Of a stretch of 64,000 nt of DNA, positions 38,521-51,945 are shown in pieces. Made by a program: the position numbers and the translations under genes. Within the stretch, counting starts at the first letter, position 1, and each line of letters opens with the position of its first letter. The notes below the pieces were generated by a model, which saw only the letters and a list, made by a program, of their open reading frames with translations, was not told the DNA's origin and searched no databases. The stretch is from Octopus sinensis (lineage: Eukaryota), in contig NC_042999.1 in assembly GCF_006345805.1 (NCBI RefSeq), positions 77,872,001-77,936,000 of the forward strand, read 5' to 3'.

Positions 38521-38970
38521 TTTTGAGTGCGTGTGTGGGGGATATGCATGCATGTGTCTATGTGTTTATGTATGTAAAAACTGAAATACAAGAGAATTTG
38601 ATTTCTAAGAAGAAAAGAAAAAGAAGCATATAGTATAATCTATTTAGCATGAGGATAGACATTATTTCATATAACACAGGTGAAAAAGACAGAACGGCAA
38701 GTGTGCATCTCTCTAATTAACAAACAATTCTATGAAAACCTCAATTTCCATCATTTGTTCAATGAAGCAGAAAACTGAGCTTCAGTTGCAAGTCAAATCT
38801 TTCCAACATTGTAAACAAATACAACACAAAAATCTTACAGACATTTTAATAACCATTATGAAACTGACATAATATAGACTTCTGCCTCTGAAGAAATAAT
38901 AATTCTGAAGGAAGCATATGCATACATACATGCAAACATACATACAAACATATACACATACATACATACA

Positions 38971-39001
<31 letters not shown>

Positions 39002-39321
39002 GTACATACATATACATGCATATACACACACATACATGCACATACATACATAGATCATCGTTATCATCATCATCATCATCGTTTTTAAGCCTGCTTTTCC
39101 ATGCTTGCATAGGTTGTGTGGAGTTTACTGAGTTAGATTTTTTACAGCTGGATACTCTTCCTGTTGCCAGCATCGATATGTTTCCAAGCAAGGTGATGTT
39201 TCCCCATGATCAGACATACTCTTGCAGAATATTGGAAATGAATGATTCATTTACAACAGCCAAGAAATGTCAAGAAAAAGAGATGCAAACATACACACAC
39301 TCACCCATACTTACAGATATA

Positions 39322-40056
39322 CAGGGTGTGATGGGTAAATTGTCACCATTTTATATTTTTAATTTCACACATATGAATTGTTTGTTTTTGATATTGTCAA
39401 TTACACAGTGTAGTAGGGTCAGTTGGGCACCATCTGTGAGAAAAACAGCTCTATGATGCAATTCATTCTGCCAGAAATTTGAAAACAACCTGCTGTACCA
39501 CTTGGCATTCACATTGGAAGCCCCAATACATATGTTTCAGGACAGATTGTCCCCAAAACGAGTGATAAAAATCAAACATCCAGTCAACATCATGGTGTTT
39601 GGAGTCATCACTAGTGATGGTGACATTATGCCTCCATTTATCTTCCCTCACAGCCTCAGACTCAACATGGAGGCCTACATCAAGTACCTGAAGGAGGTAG
39701 TGCTGCCCTCGGTCAAGAGGGTGGCTGCTGGAAGACCTTATGTCTGGCAATAGGACTCTGCACCATGCCACACAAACAGGAGAACTCAGTTATGGCTGTC
39801 AGACAATTTCTGTGACCACATCGCCCCTAACATCTGGCCACCTAACTCCCCAGACTACAACCCTCTTGATTATTATGTGTGAGGTGCAGTTGAGTGAGAG
39901 ACCAACAAATCTTGTAATACCAAAGATGAACTGAAGGCAAGGATTATGGCAACATTCACCAACTTAAACATGGAGACTATCCAGAAGAGTTGCAAGAGAT
40001 TCTGAAAATACCTGGAAGCTGTGGTTGAAGCCAATGGTGATTTTATTGATAAACTT
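39322..40056 (+). mobile_element. Tc1/mariner DD37D (maT)-type transposon fragment
   Basis: TA then CAGGGTGTGATGGGTAAATTGTC end. WQ*DSAPCH...WPPNSPDYNPLDY has 37 residues between the second and third catalytic Asp (counted by hand). Confidence 0.85.
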
Positions 40057-40599
40057 GTGTGTGGATCTGGTAGCTGGAAACTGAAAAAAGTCCATCATGT
40101 ACACATATATATGTGTGTGTGTGTGTGGTGTGTGTGTGTGTGTGTGTGTGTGTGTATTTCCCCAGTCTCCACATGTGTTCACTTACTGATTGTGAACTGA
40201 TAATATTTGTTTGTAGTCCACTGCAAAAGCATAGCCAGGCTTCTTGACATATTTCAACATATATGATCTTCATTTACAAAGGTCACATATGGTGTCATTT
40301 GTTTCAAGTTCTTGTAACTACTTCTGTAAATGCATGACAGAAATTACTTCACTAGGAAACAAATGGTAGTCAGCAACAGAAGGAATATCCAACTATAGAA
40401 ATACCCTGCCCCAACAAACTCTCATCTGATGCATGCAAGCATGGAAAAGTAGACATTAAAATGGTGATGATGATGATGATGATATACATACTCTCTCTCT
40501 TTCACACACACACACACACACACACACGTGTACATGCTTGTATACATATATATGTATGTATGCATGTATGTACATATTGTTAAAAACAAATCTTGTGCA

Positions 40600-41237
40600 A
40601 GCCTTCATTTGGCTAATAGGCATTTATGGTTCTCACAGAGGCAATGACAGAAGACCAAGACCTTTGGAGATATGCTGTGATTGAGAAGGCAACTAAAGTG
40701 AGATCATATCCATGGCTGATGCCAGTGTTGCATGTCCAGCCCATTTAAGAGTACCCTTGATTCGTCGGGTAATATGATATGCTTGAAAAGACCTGTTGAG
40801 TCAAGTAAAACCAAAAATCATAGCTGTGGCCAGTGCCCTCGACTGGCTCCCATTCTGGTGGCACATAAAAAGCACCATCTGAACATGGTCAATGCCAGAT
40901 CCGCCTGACTGGCTCCCATGCCGGTGGCATGTAAAAAGCACCATCCAAATGTGGCCAATGCCAGTACCCCTTGACTGGCTCCCATGCTGGTGACACATAA
41001 AAAGCACTATCCAAACGTGATCAATGCTAGGCCCGCTTAACTGGCTCCCATACTAGTGACACGTAAAAAGCACCCACTATGCTCTTGGAGTGGTTGGCAT
41101 TAGGAAAGCACTCAGTTGTGGAAACATTGCCATTCAGAGTGGAGCCTGGTGCAGCCACTGGCTCTCCAGACCTCAGTCAAACCGTCCAACCCATGCCAGC
41201 ATGGAAAACAGATGTTAAACGATGATGATGATGATGA
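40600..41237 (+). mobile_element. RTE 3' end with ~4 tandem 3'UTR units
   Basis: gactggctccc...aaaagcaccatc units; (GAT)n tail. Confidence 0.82.
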
Positions 41238-41239
41238 AA

Positions 41240-41560
41240 TGTGGATTTTGAGCAAATTTGAAGAGAATATAATCAATGCATTTGAAATGTAAGTGTACAA
41301 GAGAATGTGCTGAGTCTCTTATAAGGACCATCAAACAAATAAATCGGTGTTACAAGTAGGTAAAAGATGACAACTCATGAACATTGTTGAGAAACAAAAA
41401 CTCATCTATTATGGCTGTATTCAAAGTGGTAGTCTGGAAAGCATTATCATTGAAGGAAGAGTTGAGGGCAGTAGATCAAGAGCAGGCAAAGAATAGAATG
41501 AATGAATAATATCACAAGTTGACTCCACACAAATGAGAAAGCGACTGGAGAACTTGCACT
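41240..41560 (+). mobile_element. Decayed BovB-like RTE 3' ORF fragment
   Basis: INAFEM*VYKRM, KLIYYG, IIIEGRVEGSRSR. Confidence 0.65.
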
Positions 41561-43305
41561 AAATAAGGAAGACTTTCATTGTAATGTCATCAACATTACA
41601 ATGAATGCAGGCATATGATACATGATGATGCTGCAGCTTATTAAATTCAATGCACAAGCATTGGTCAATCTGAAACTGCAGTAAAAGACAATTGCAGAAA
41701 TGCAGGGCTGTGAAATCAAACTCAGAGCCACAAGGATATGTGACAAAAGAATTAACTTTTGTCAAAACCTGATTAGATCAAAAGGATTTTTTTTATCACT
41801 CCTCTATAGAACAAACCAATACAGTATTGATATTTATTTGGAAATCATAAGAGTGTTAGAATGTAAAACATTTAAAGATAAATTTCAGCTGAATTCAGTA
41901 CATTTATAAATAGATTCAAGGAACTGTAGTCTTAGCAACACAAGGAAACTTCAAATAATGTTTCATACTTTCTCTGATATTCAGAAATATTAATCATCTC
42001 AATCTATCAATAGGTTACACATTTTTATTGAAGATTATTAGACTTAAGATCAGTCCCTACTTTTAATAATGTTAGTCATTTGAGGTATGAATTCTTCTAC
42101 AGTTCAAGAATCATCATCATTTTGAATGTGTCCCCCCCCCCCCCCCATACTGGTATGGATTGGAAGGGTCTTGCTACCCATCAAGGTTCTAAATCATCTA
42201 ACACACAGTAACAGAGAAAACCCATACTTGTCATTATGTTGTGTTTACAGCATGACTTTTATGGCTGGATGTCCTTCTAATCTTGAACCACTTTACAGCA
42301 TGGACTGAGTCACTTTATTGTATCTCTGGCACTACAGAAGTTGTCTCTGTCAAAACTAAAGAGTTCTATTTACTCTTCATTGTTTCCATTTGCTCCTCCC
42401 TTTTCATGTATATGTGAGTAAAACACTTCATTTTAATCTGATATCTACAAATATAGTTTGATTGTTGAAAATGGTACAACTTTCTTGAAACAGAAAGAGA
42501 ATATGGATGACCTAATTAAACTGAAGGGTTAAAAAAAATAATGATATGATGAAAACTAGTTTGTAATATGAAGATAAAATTATCTGCTTTAAGTGTGCTA
42601 TTCTATTCTAATCACATATTCTAAGGAGCTAATGACTAGCAGATAGCTTTGGGTCATGGGCTATAAATAGACAGCATATCATTAGATTTAGTAATGATGT
42701 TCTCTTAACTTATGGAATTTACATAAAAAGCCTGCAGGTGATGGCAAGTGTTTCACTACTTTCTAATCATCTCACAGTATATAGGATTGATATTTTAAAA
42801 ACTGTGTATTAAAGAAGATCTAATGTTTTTTAGGTAACACAGTGATTTCAGATGATATAAACAAATGTTTGTTATCTCTTCTATGAACAGAAAAAGTTTG
42901 GACCTAGTTCAATTCCTCAGTAGAAGTCAAGTGCCTAACCTTGTCTGCTAATTGGGAGATACACAGTTTATAATTATCTAAATGTTGTTGCTTCAGTAAA
43001 TCAGTTGGCCTGCCGAAAATAAATAATACTTTGCTGGTCATTTCTTCAATTAGTTTAATAAATCTTCCATTGATCAATTGAATGATTTACTTTTTGAGTT
43101 AATGAGTGATATTGTTGAGTATTCCACTGACATGTTGCCTTTAATGTAATTCTCAGGGAGAAACTGCATGACTTTTGAATTGCAGGTACAATCCATCCAG
43201 TGAGCTTCTATCCAGTCTCACTTACATGGCTTGGGTTGACGCAAGGCTTTGGTTGACCATGCTGTATCCATACATTCAATTAATTGATATCACTCGCTAT
43301 ATTCA

Positions 43306-43662
43306 TGAGGTCAACTTTGCCTTTCATCCTTTCAGGATTGATACAATAAGCACAAGTTGAGCAATGGGATCAATGTAACTGACTTAACCCCTTCCCCAAA
43401 ACTGCTGGCCTTGTGCCGAAATTTGAAACCAATATCACTCTATACTAAAAGGTAGTGAGCTTGCAGAACCATTAGCATGCTGGGCAAAATGCCTTGTGGC
43501 ATTTCATGTCATTACATCCTGAGTTCAAATTCCAGTGAGGTTGATTTTGCCTTTCTTCCTTTCAGAGTTGATAAAATAAGTACCAGTTGAGCACTGGGGT
43601 TGATGTAATCAACTTACCCCTTCCCTCAAAATCAATGGCCTTGAGCCAAAATTTGAAACTAA
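43306..43662 (+). mobile_element. Two tandem SINE family B copies (partial plus full)
   Basis: Repeated family B 3' half, each bounded by atat(c/t)actc-like sequence. Confidence 0.82.
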
Positions 43663-44192
43663 TATTACTCTAGACTGTTGAAGAGACACTTGACACTGGA
43701 AATATAAAATATGTCGACATTTATCCAGAACTACAGTGCAGTGACTAAAACACGTTAATCTAATGCACATTCAAAAACTATATACTGTGTTACTGTTATA
43801 ACTAATTGAATAAGTAGCCAACAAAACACTATCTCTGAGATTTAGATCAACTTATTTACTTCAGTAAGTACAAGGGCAGTGTTAGAGAGAGAGAGCACAA
43901 GCATTTAAAATGTGTCAAAGCCATGTAAATTCAGAGAAACTCCATATATGTCATAATCATTTTATTTTAAAAAGAAGGAACTAATTAGGATTTTCCAACA
44001 TATGACAGATGACAATCAGCTATCCTTTCCAGAGAGTTTTTGGATACAATGAAGAATAACAGGAAGTTCTAGAGAGTTTGTTGGTGTCCATGCATTAAGA
44101 GCAGTCAGATTGATAAAGAACACTCAGTTTAAGGGAGGCTGTTGTTGACCAGATTAGTAACTGCAACAGAAAGCTTACATCAGTAACACATA

Positions 44193-44698
44193 CTATAAAT
44201 CCTCGAGTATAATACGCAGGAGATTTTTTAGGGGGCTGTACCTCTGAAAAACCTAAACCTTGTGTATAATATACACCCCTTCTCTAACTTGAGTTGTGCA
44301 TAATTAAGCCAGCAGCACCTAGTCGAACAAACAATCCTGCGCATGCGTAATACAATAATGGTGATGTTCTTAACTGTTATATGGGAATGTAAATATGTTT
44401 GCAAATTGTTTTTGTTACATGTTATTCTGTGTTCTGAATACCTTTATTTTAATAAATGTTGTTTATTGCAAGTAATGGATGATTCTTTTATGACTTCATT
44501 GCTTTCACGCTTAGCTTAAGGTATTTTCGCGCCCAACATCACAAAATGCGTCTAAATTAACATTGCCGGACAGCAAATAGAGACTCGGACATTGCTTAGA
44601 AAATATTTTTCATTTTTAACCTCATATATAGCATGCACTAGGGATTTTGACCGTTAAATTTTGGGGAAAAAATGCAGATTATACTCGAGGATTTACGG
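44193..44698. mobile_element. pogo/Tc2-like MITE
   Basis: TIRs CTATAAATCCTCGAGTATAATACGCA / TGCAGATTATACTCGAGGATTTACGG; TA on the left. Confidence 0.85.
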
Positions 44699-45159
44699 GA
44701 AACACATATACATGTAGGAGCTCAGGCAATGGAAGGTGTGGCTGCAGCTTATATGTTCTTATCTGCATGCACATGTATGTAATAATGTTAAAAATACGAT
44801 GAAAATGAAATCAAAATGACAGAAATAAAGATATAATTTTTTATAAAGGCATTCTAGATAATGTAGATATGTTAAAGCAGGTGTGAGTGTATGAGTATGA
44901 ATATCTTTGTGTATGAGTGTGTATACTTATGTATGCATGTATGACATGTGAATGTCTGAATGAGGAAATGCTTCTGCGTATGCATATGTATGCATGTACA
45001 TGTGTGTGTTTGTGTACAGGTTTATGCATATGTACTTCAGTGAATGAGAGCAAAATTCTGCTCATGAAAGTATATCCATGTGTAAGTGTGTGTGCATATG
45101 CATGTGAATGGAAGGAAGTGAGAGTGTATGTGTATGCGTGTGTGTATTTGTGTGTGTTA

Positions 45160-46010
45160 TTTTACTTTTTTAGTAATTTCAATCTTTCTTATAAGAAAGG
45201 AGCTGGTTTCTAACAAAGAAACAAAGCTTCATTACTGGAATTTTGATAACTAAATAATTATCATACTGAACTTTAAAAAAGTATTGTTATTTCTACTGTG
45301 CTGCTTACAGATTGTATTTGTGAAATGTATGTTATCTGATCACTTTTCATGCAAATTTCTTCGTTTGGTTGAAAAAAAGCCAGCCTTTCAAGATGGTCAC
45401 TTCAGCATTTACTAACGATGCCCAATAATTATTTGTATAAATGTGAATTTATGTTTCAAGCAGAGAAATCTTATGTCTAAATGTGTGCATATTCATATGT
45501 ATGTACTCATATATACATGAGCACAAGCATGGATGGCATTGCATATGTGAATCTTATTACATGCTGAACTTTATGAATGTCTTACATATTTTGACAGTAC
45601 CTTTGATAAATTGTAGCAGTAATCTTATTAGGTTGTTCTTTTCAGTTTTGTGAATCTCATCTTCACTAGCTTGATACTGAGGCAAATAGTCATATATCTA
45701 AGTGCTTCAATTGTTAAAAATCTAAAGTTGTAGTCTGAACAGAGTACCTGCAGATTTCTCATCAGTTCAGCATAAACATTCTCCTTATCTCTAATCTTTA
45801 ACATTAAGGCTGACATTTGTTGGACAACTGATTTCAACTTCTGTGTATAGATTACTATGCCTGGACTGTTTTGCTTGATATGTACATTCCACTAGTATTC
45901 TTTCAAATTATGTGTGGTTGTACCTTTCTCATCACCTTAGCTTATATATTTCTCTTCTCTGGATTATGTTTTCCATGGATTTGGTTACCTAATGTTCTAG
46001 CCAAAACAAA
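45160..46010 (-). mobile_element. R4/Dong-like LINE 3' end (restriction-like endonuclease plus 3'UTR)
   Basis: KIRDKENVYAELMRNLQVL...IEALRY...LQFIKGTVKICKTF; the 3'UTR recurs at ~30.9, 37.2, 46.8 and 47.0-47.3 kb. Confidence 0.75.
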
Positions 46011-46548
46011 TATGTTGCTTATTAGTTGTAGTATTGAGTTCACAATCAAAAGGTTATGGGTTTGATTCCTGACCAAGCAGTGCATTTTATCCTTCAGTGA
46101 GGCACTTCATTTCACAGTGCTCCATTCCACTTAGTGAAAAATGAATACCAGCCAAGTGTTGGCACAGTCAACTTCTCCTTCAGTTGTCACATCCTAGACA
46201 TTTCACTAGATTAAAAGTTGGAAGACCGAGTGGGTATTTATGTCTACTCACAGCTACATGTCCACCTAAAACAATTAGCAAAAGCATGGTACATGTTACC
46301 CTATCATACTCACTTAAAATCAAAGGTTATGTACTATTGTGTATGTATATATGGTTATATGAATGTAAGTGATTGAAGAGAGAGAAAGTTTGTGCATGTG
46401 TGGAAGAAAAAAATGTATGGATGTATATTTATGTCAGGTTGCTCTGAGTGCTAATGGTAACTTGTAATGCAGTGTAGTATGTTACATGACTTGGTTATCA
46501 GCAACTAAAACAGTACCCCAACCAAACTAGCTTTGTATGGCTGGTTGC

Positions 46549-46581
<33 letters not shown>

Positions 46582-46583
46582 TA

Positions 46584-46630
<47 letters not shown>

Positions 46631-46750
46631 TACGACGGGCTTCTTTCAGTTTCTGTCAACCAAATCCACTCACAAGGCTTTGGTCAGCCCAAGGCTATAG
46701 TAGAAGACACTTGCCCAAGGTGCCATGCAGTGGGACTGAACCCGGAACCA
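46549..46750 (-). mobile_element. (TA)n run plus SINE family A fragment
   Basis: Direct inspection. Confidence 0.85.
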
Positions 46751-47802
46751 TTATTCAGTTTTATTTCAAGATTTCTTGCCAATAGAGAAAGAGCCGCTTT
46801 CTAACCTAGATGCAAAGGCTCCTTCATTGGAATTTCAACAACATCAACAGGGTATTTTTGTATGTATGTATGTAACTAAGTATTGCTTGTAGGTAGATGT
46901 GTGTATGTAAGTGTGTTTGCATGTATGCAAGTATTGTATGTATGCATACATATATGTTTGTTTGTATGTATGTATGCAAATATGTATGTTTGGTTTCCTT
47001 GCTTTATTTTTCCAATTCCTCACCAAAGGGGAAAGACTCAGTTTCTAGCCTAGAAACAGGATTCTTTGATTGGAATTTAGACATCAAGCAGAGTAGTCTT
47101 GTATGTACATGCACATGTGCATGTATGTATATGTATGTATGCATGTTCACACATATACATATAACTCATGCCAGTGCAAATGTATACATAGATATAAACT
47201 TGGATGGCATTGCTTATGTGGATCTTATTACACACGGAACTTCTTGAATATTTTACATATTTTAATAGTGCTTTGACAGATTGTAGATGTATGTATGTAT
47301 GGATGCATGCATGCATGTATATGTGTATTTCTGTATATATATGTATATATGTCAGTCTCCATGTATGTATGTGTGTGTGTGAAAGTTTATGTGAGAATGT
47401 ATAGATGTAAATCAGGTGAGAGACAGGAAGAGAGAGAGAGAGAGAGAGAGAGCATATATGTGTGCTTAAGTGTGTGTGGATGTGTGTGAAGATTATTTTA
47501 GTGTATGCACAGAAAGAGAGAGAATGAAGGACAAAGAGAGAATGTATGAATGCATGTGAAGGAGACAGATAAATAAATAATGAGGAAGTGTGTATGTGTT
47601 TAAGCATGAGTGTGTATGTATGTAAGTCTTTGTGAGTATAGAAAGTCAACATATGTGTATGTGCTCTGCCAACAGTTATGGTAATATAATCAGATTGTTT
47701 ACCAAGTTTGCTATGACAGAACAGTAACAAGAAAGAAAGAGACAAAAAAAATGGAATTACAGTTTAGAGAATTGAAAACTAGAAAGTAATGCAAAATATA
47801 TG

Positions 47803-47817
47803 AGAAGAAGAAGAGGG

Positions 47818-47850
<33 letters not shown>

Positions 47851-48012
47851 GGAGGAAGAAGAGGAGGAGGAGGGAGAAGAGGAGGAGGGAGAGGAAGAAG
47901 AGGAAGAGGAGGAGGAGGAGGAAGAAGAGGGAGAGGGGAGGAAGAAGAAGAAGAAGAGGAGGAGGAGGAAGAAGAAGAAGAAGAGGAGGAGGAGGAAGAA
48001 GAAGAAGAAGAA
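47803..48012. repeat. (GAA/GAG)n polypurine tract
   Basis: ~210 nt of pure purine triplets. Confidence 0.95.
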
Positions 48013-48547
48013 GACTGACGATGGTGATGACAACAATGATGATCATGATGGTGGTGATGACAAAGGCAGAAATAAATAAATGTCAAAAATCTAACTTGTC
48101 TGTCACTGATTGAAAAATAAATATTGATTATAGAGAGTGATGAAAGAATTTAATAGATTAGATTGAACTGAGGAAATAATAAAATATAAATTGTTGTTGT
48201 TTAGTCTTGGACTGTTCCTGATTTGACCAGAGAGAGGGAGGAGTGTTGCACAGTAAAAGTTTATAAGTAGAAGTAGAATCTGTTATTGTTTATACCAGGT
48301 GAAGGCAACCCTTTTTCAGAAGGGAGCCATATGAGTCATGGCCCATCATAAGGCAGGCCACACTACTAAATAATTTCATGGTAAACTTTCATTTAGCTTG
48401 CCATTCAGAAAGTCTTGTAGGTTGCAGGTTGTCCAAGACTGGATTAGGCTTCTTCAAGAGGAATTATGATGGAAAATGTTCTGGCCATGGTTAATTTGTG
48501 GCCTTACATCTAAACACAACCTACTTTTAACATATGACTTCCACTGG

Positions 48548-48600
48548 AACAATTTAAATTTGAATCTGGCTCTAGTCAGCCAGATTTAGATTTAAATGTT
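48548..48600 (+). other. Compact hairpin (20-bp stem, 6-nt loop)
   Basis: atttaaatttgaatctggct-ctagtc-agccagatttagatttaaat pairs fully, with two G-U pairs on +. Confidence 0.6.
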
Positions 48601-48789
48601 ATTCTTTTAACATGAAAAGTTTCTCCAACTATACTGCCGAGGTTAAAACTTAGCTGGATTTGAACTCAGAAGTAAAAGACAAAAGAGTTGATATCAGAAA
48701 ATATCTCATTCAAAACCAGCTCTGAGTTATAGATATGTTGTTGTTGTGGTGGTGTTGGTGGTGATAGAGGTGGTGGAAACAATAATAAC

Positions 48790-49150
48790 ATCATCATCGT
48801 TTAACGCCCGTTTTCCATGCTGGCATAGGTTGGATGGTTTGATAGGAGCTGTCCCAGACTCCAATTGTTTGATATGTCATGATTTCTAAGGTCAAAGTGC
48901 CCTTCTTAACACCAATCACTTTACAGAGTATGCTGGATGCTTCTTATGTGGATTTATGCAGCCCGAGTGCATTCTATATAGCACTGGCACCTGTAAGGGA
49001 CAAGCCTGTATGTATGGATGACACCGATTTTACTTAGCTTGATGTGTCTTAAGTACAGCAAATCACCACATCTGGTCCCTTGTCATTGCCTCAGTGAGGC
49101 CCAGCGTCTGAAGATCCTTCCTCACTACTTCATCCCATGTCTTCCTGGGT
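48790..49150 (-). mobile_element. RTE 3' end fragment
   Basis: catcatcatcgtttaacg tail and cattgcctcagtgaggccca ORF end. Confidence 0.75.
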
Positions 49151-49651
49151 ATTGGACTGTTTAGCTTGTGTGGGCTGTGAATTCAAATCCACTGTAAGCA
49201 ATTTATTATCTCTATACAAGTCACTTTATTCCAGATGTCTTTATTTACTCAGTAGTTGTAAATAGTAAAGAGAACTTGTAATAGTTGTTACTTGAACAAG
49301 TCAAAGAAGTATCAAGCTCTGTCAAAGAACTCAATGCAGTGCTCTCTGTATCCATCTTGTAAATAGTTACCACAGATTAAGTAGCAGACCGCAGATAATT
49401 CATGGATGTTTCTCTACATTACAGCACTCAATTTAAAGCTTCTCTAGAGTACAGAATTCTCATGAAATTAAAAAAGATATTTGTGTTGTGAATAAATCCA
49501 TCTTAGAATTTAGAGAAAATAAACTTGAGATGCAAATATTTAACTGAAAGTATAAATTTGCAAAGAGAAGCACAGGGAGCTCTATTGATTGTGTGTATAT
49601 CATTTATAATGTGCCTACAAATATGAAAAGAATGTGTTACAAATATAGGGC

Positions 49652-49734
49652 ACTCAGAAAGCTGGAGGATTGCCAGACATTGTTTTTGACCTAATTTAGT
49701 CTCCTCAGTGACAAATATCTTGGGTGTTCTGAGT
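49652..49734 (-). ncRNA. Type I hammerhead ribozyme relic
   Basis: Minus strand ttgtca-CTGAGGA-gactaaattaggtc-AAAAAC-aat-GTC-tggcaa; GAAA appears mutated. Confidence 0.55.
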
Positions 49735-51689
49735 CAAGCCGGCAATACTTGTTTCAATATAGAAGTTAAGATATAAAACATTTACTGATTTGTGCAAAAG
49801 CTAGTGAGACTAGAATTAAATTGACACAAAACAGTGTCTCTAGTGATCCAGTGGTATTCTGAGCACATCTTGGTCATTTTAACACACAAATTTCATATGA
49901 AAAGTTTCTCTGAGACAAAATATGACTGATAGTGTCTTCCACATTGTAAATGTTACATGCCCTTGTGTTTTAATATAAGGCTTTTTCAAGTGTATATATT
50001 AATTTAATAACTTCATGAGTTCAAATCTTGATACCAACATTGCATTGTGACCAAGACAACTTCTCTTACTTTTCAAGTGGTTCAGTCCACTTGATTGTAA
50101 ATTTGTGAGTTTCGAATGAGCAAGAGCTATGATAAAAGACATTCCACTATGACCATTCCATTTTATTTTGATATATTGTATTGAAGACTATATTGTATGA
50201 CATATCCTTTCATTTAAAAATAAAATTGTAAGGTATGATGATTTAAGGGTGATAGCATGTGTCCCAGTGTTTGGATTTACAAATGAGTTCCAGTGGCTGG
50301 CACCAGGGTTAACTGAGCAACGGATTGGCATCCTGTTCAAGGGTAGTCATGTACTCTCAGCTTAAAGGACTTGAACATCTGGACAAGCTCTAGCCTCATG
50401 AATCTGTAGGCCATGGGGTGAAGGAGATTTGACAGGTTGAACAACCATAGAAACTTTCTAATTGGTTTTAGCTGTAAGTAGGTAACACAAAAAACATTTC
50501 ACTGCTACAATCAATTGGAACAGAGTCTGATTAATGGTTGATACATTATTACCTTACAGTAATTGGTTAAACCACACTAATAGACATAAGTTGCAGAGAA
50601 ATGAGCTTCTCAAAGCTTACTCTAGATATATATATTCCACGAAGAAAATGTTTTGAAGTTGTATTCATTTCAAATGACTCAATAAGTAACTTCCATCTCT
50701 TATTCATGAATGGCAAGCAATGTAGTATGGAATTCCTTTCTCAATGAACTGAGCTAGCTATATAATAAATATTGTATATTTAATCGTGTTGAGAATCACA
50801 AGTGGTTCAGTTGATAAGGTGCTAGATGACCAGTTAAAATGTAAACAGTTAATGTCCACTGAATTTCCAATACTACTTAACCTATTTGTGATATGAAGAG
50901 ATACAAATCACTACTGTAAGCAATAGGTAAGTGAAGGGCTAGCTTATATTCCACCATCAGTGTTACCTCATTGATTCAGTACATCTAGCTGTAAAGTAGT
51001 ACCATGAAGTACAGTTCCCTCTTATTGCTCTCTAGTGGCTCTTACTATGTACTGTGACAACTGGTGCTAAGGACAGGAGACTGCAATATAAAATCACTTC
51101 AGTATATATTCTTTCTTGAGTTGCCTACAGAACAACAGTCTTCATGAGTGTTCCAATACGCAGATGGTTTTCACATTCACACACTGAAACCAATTGCTGT
51201 GGCCATACTGAAGTTGCACAGATTAAGAAAAAAAAAAAAAACTTTGTTGTGGAGCATCAGAATGCCATAAATCAAACAAGGGTGACAATGGTTTTAGTTT
51301 TGTTTTTTTAAACAAGATTAATAACCACTTGCTGCTTTAACATGGTCTATAGTGAAATGGTTGTTGCTTAGTATCAAGTCAGCTGATCAAGTAGACATAT
51401 CAGTCATTCCACCTGTGATCATCCAGGCTTTTCTTTATACTCACGATTACATTGTCCAATGTCTCCTTCTCTATTTCTAACAGTAAGGTGTGTTTGATCA
51501 ATATTTGGCTATGATTTTTAGCTAGCCAAACAACCCCACAGTGGCTCCTTCATTAGCTTGTTTATGTTAGAGCAACAATATTTTAGTTGAGACAGTTAAC
51601 ATGACTCACTCTTAATGTCTTCATATTCAGAAAAACAACAGCAGCAAACGGTTTTTCTTTCATAAAAGCTCACTATAGCCAAAAAAAAA

Positions 51690-51945
51690 GCTCTAAGACC
51701 CATCAAACCAAGTAAAATCACAGTTGTGACAGATACCGGTGCCATGTAAATGGCACCCATGCTAGTGGCATGTAAAAGCACCCATTACACTCTCAGAGTG
51801 GTTGGCATTAAGAAGGGCATCCAACCATAGAAACCATGCCAAATCAGACTGGAGTCTGGTGCAGCCTTCCAGCTTGCCAGCCCTGGTTAAACCATCCAAC
51901 CCATGCCAGCAAGACAACGGATGCTAAATGATAATGATGATGAAT
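51690..51945 (+). mobile_element. RTE 3' tail fragment
   Basis: aaaagcacccattacactctcagagtggttggc...ccaacccatgccagc and a (GAT)n tail. Confidence 0.78.

Noticed and set aside
40830-41080. Regularly spaced repeats resembling a CRISPR array
   Set aside because: Eukaryotic RTE 3'UTR tandem units; no unique spacers and no cas genes.
47711-48086. Poly-E/R/G, poly-S/L/P ORFs and similar ORFs at 20.5-21.3, 27.3, 31.7, 38.8 and 47.1 kb
   Set aside because: Translations of microsatellites.
51100-51245. Minus-strand acceptor after a poly-T run as a coding exon
   Set aside because: Stops in all frames, no convincing donor and no recognisable peptide.
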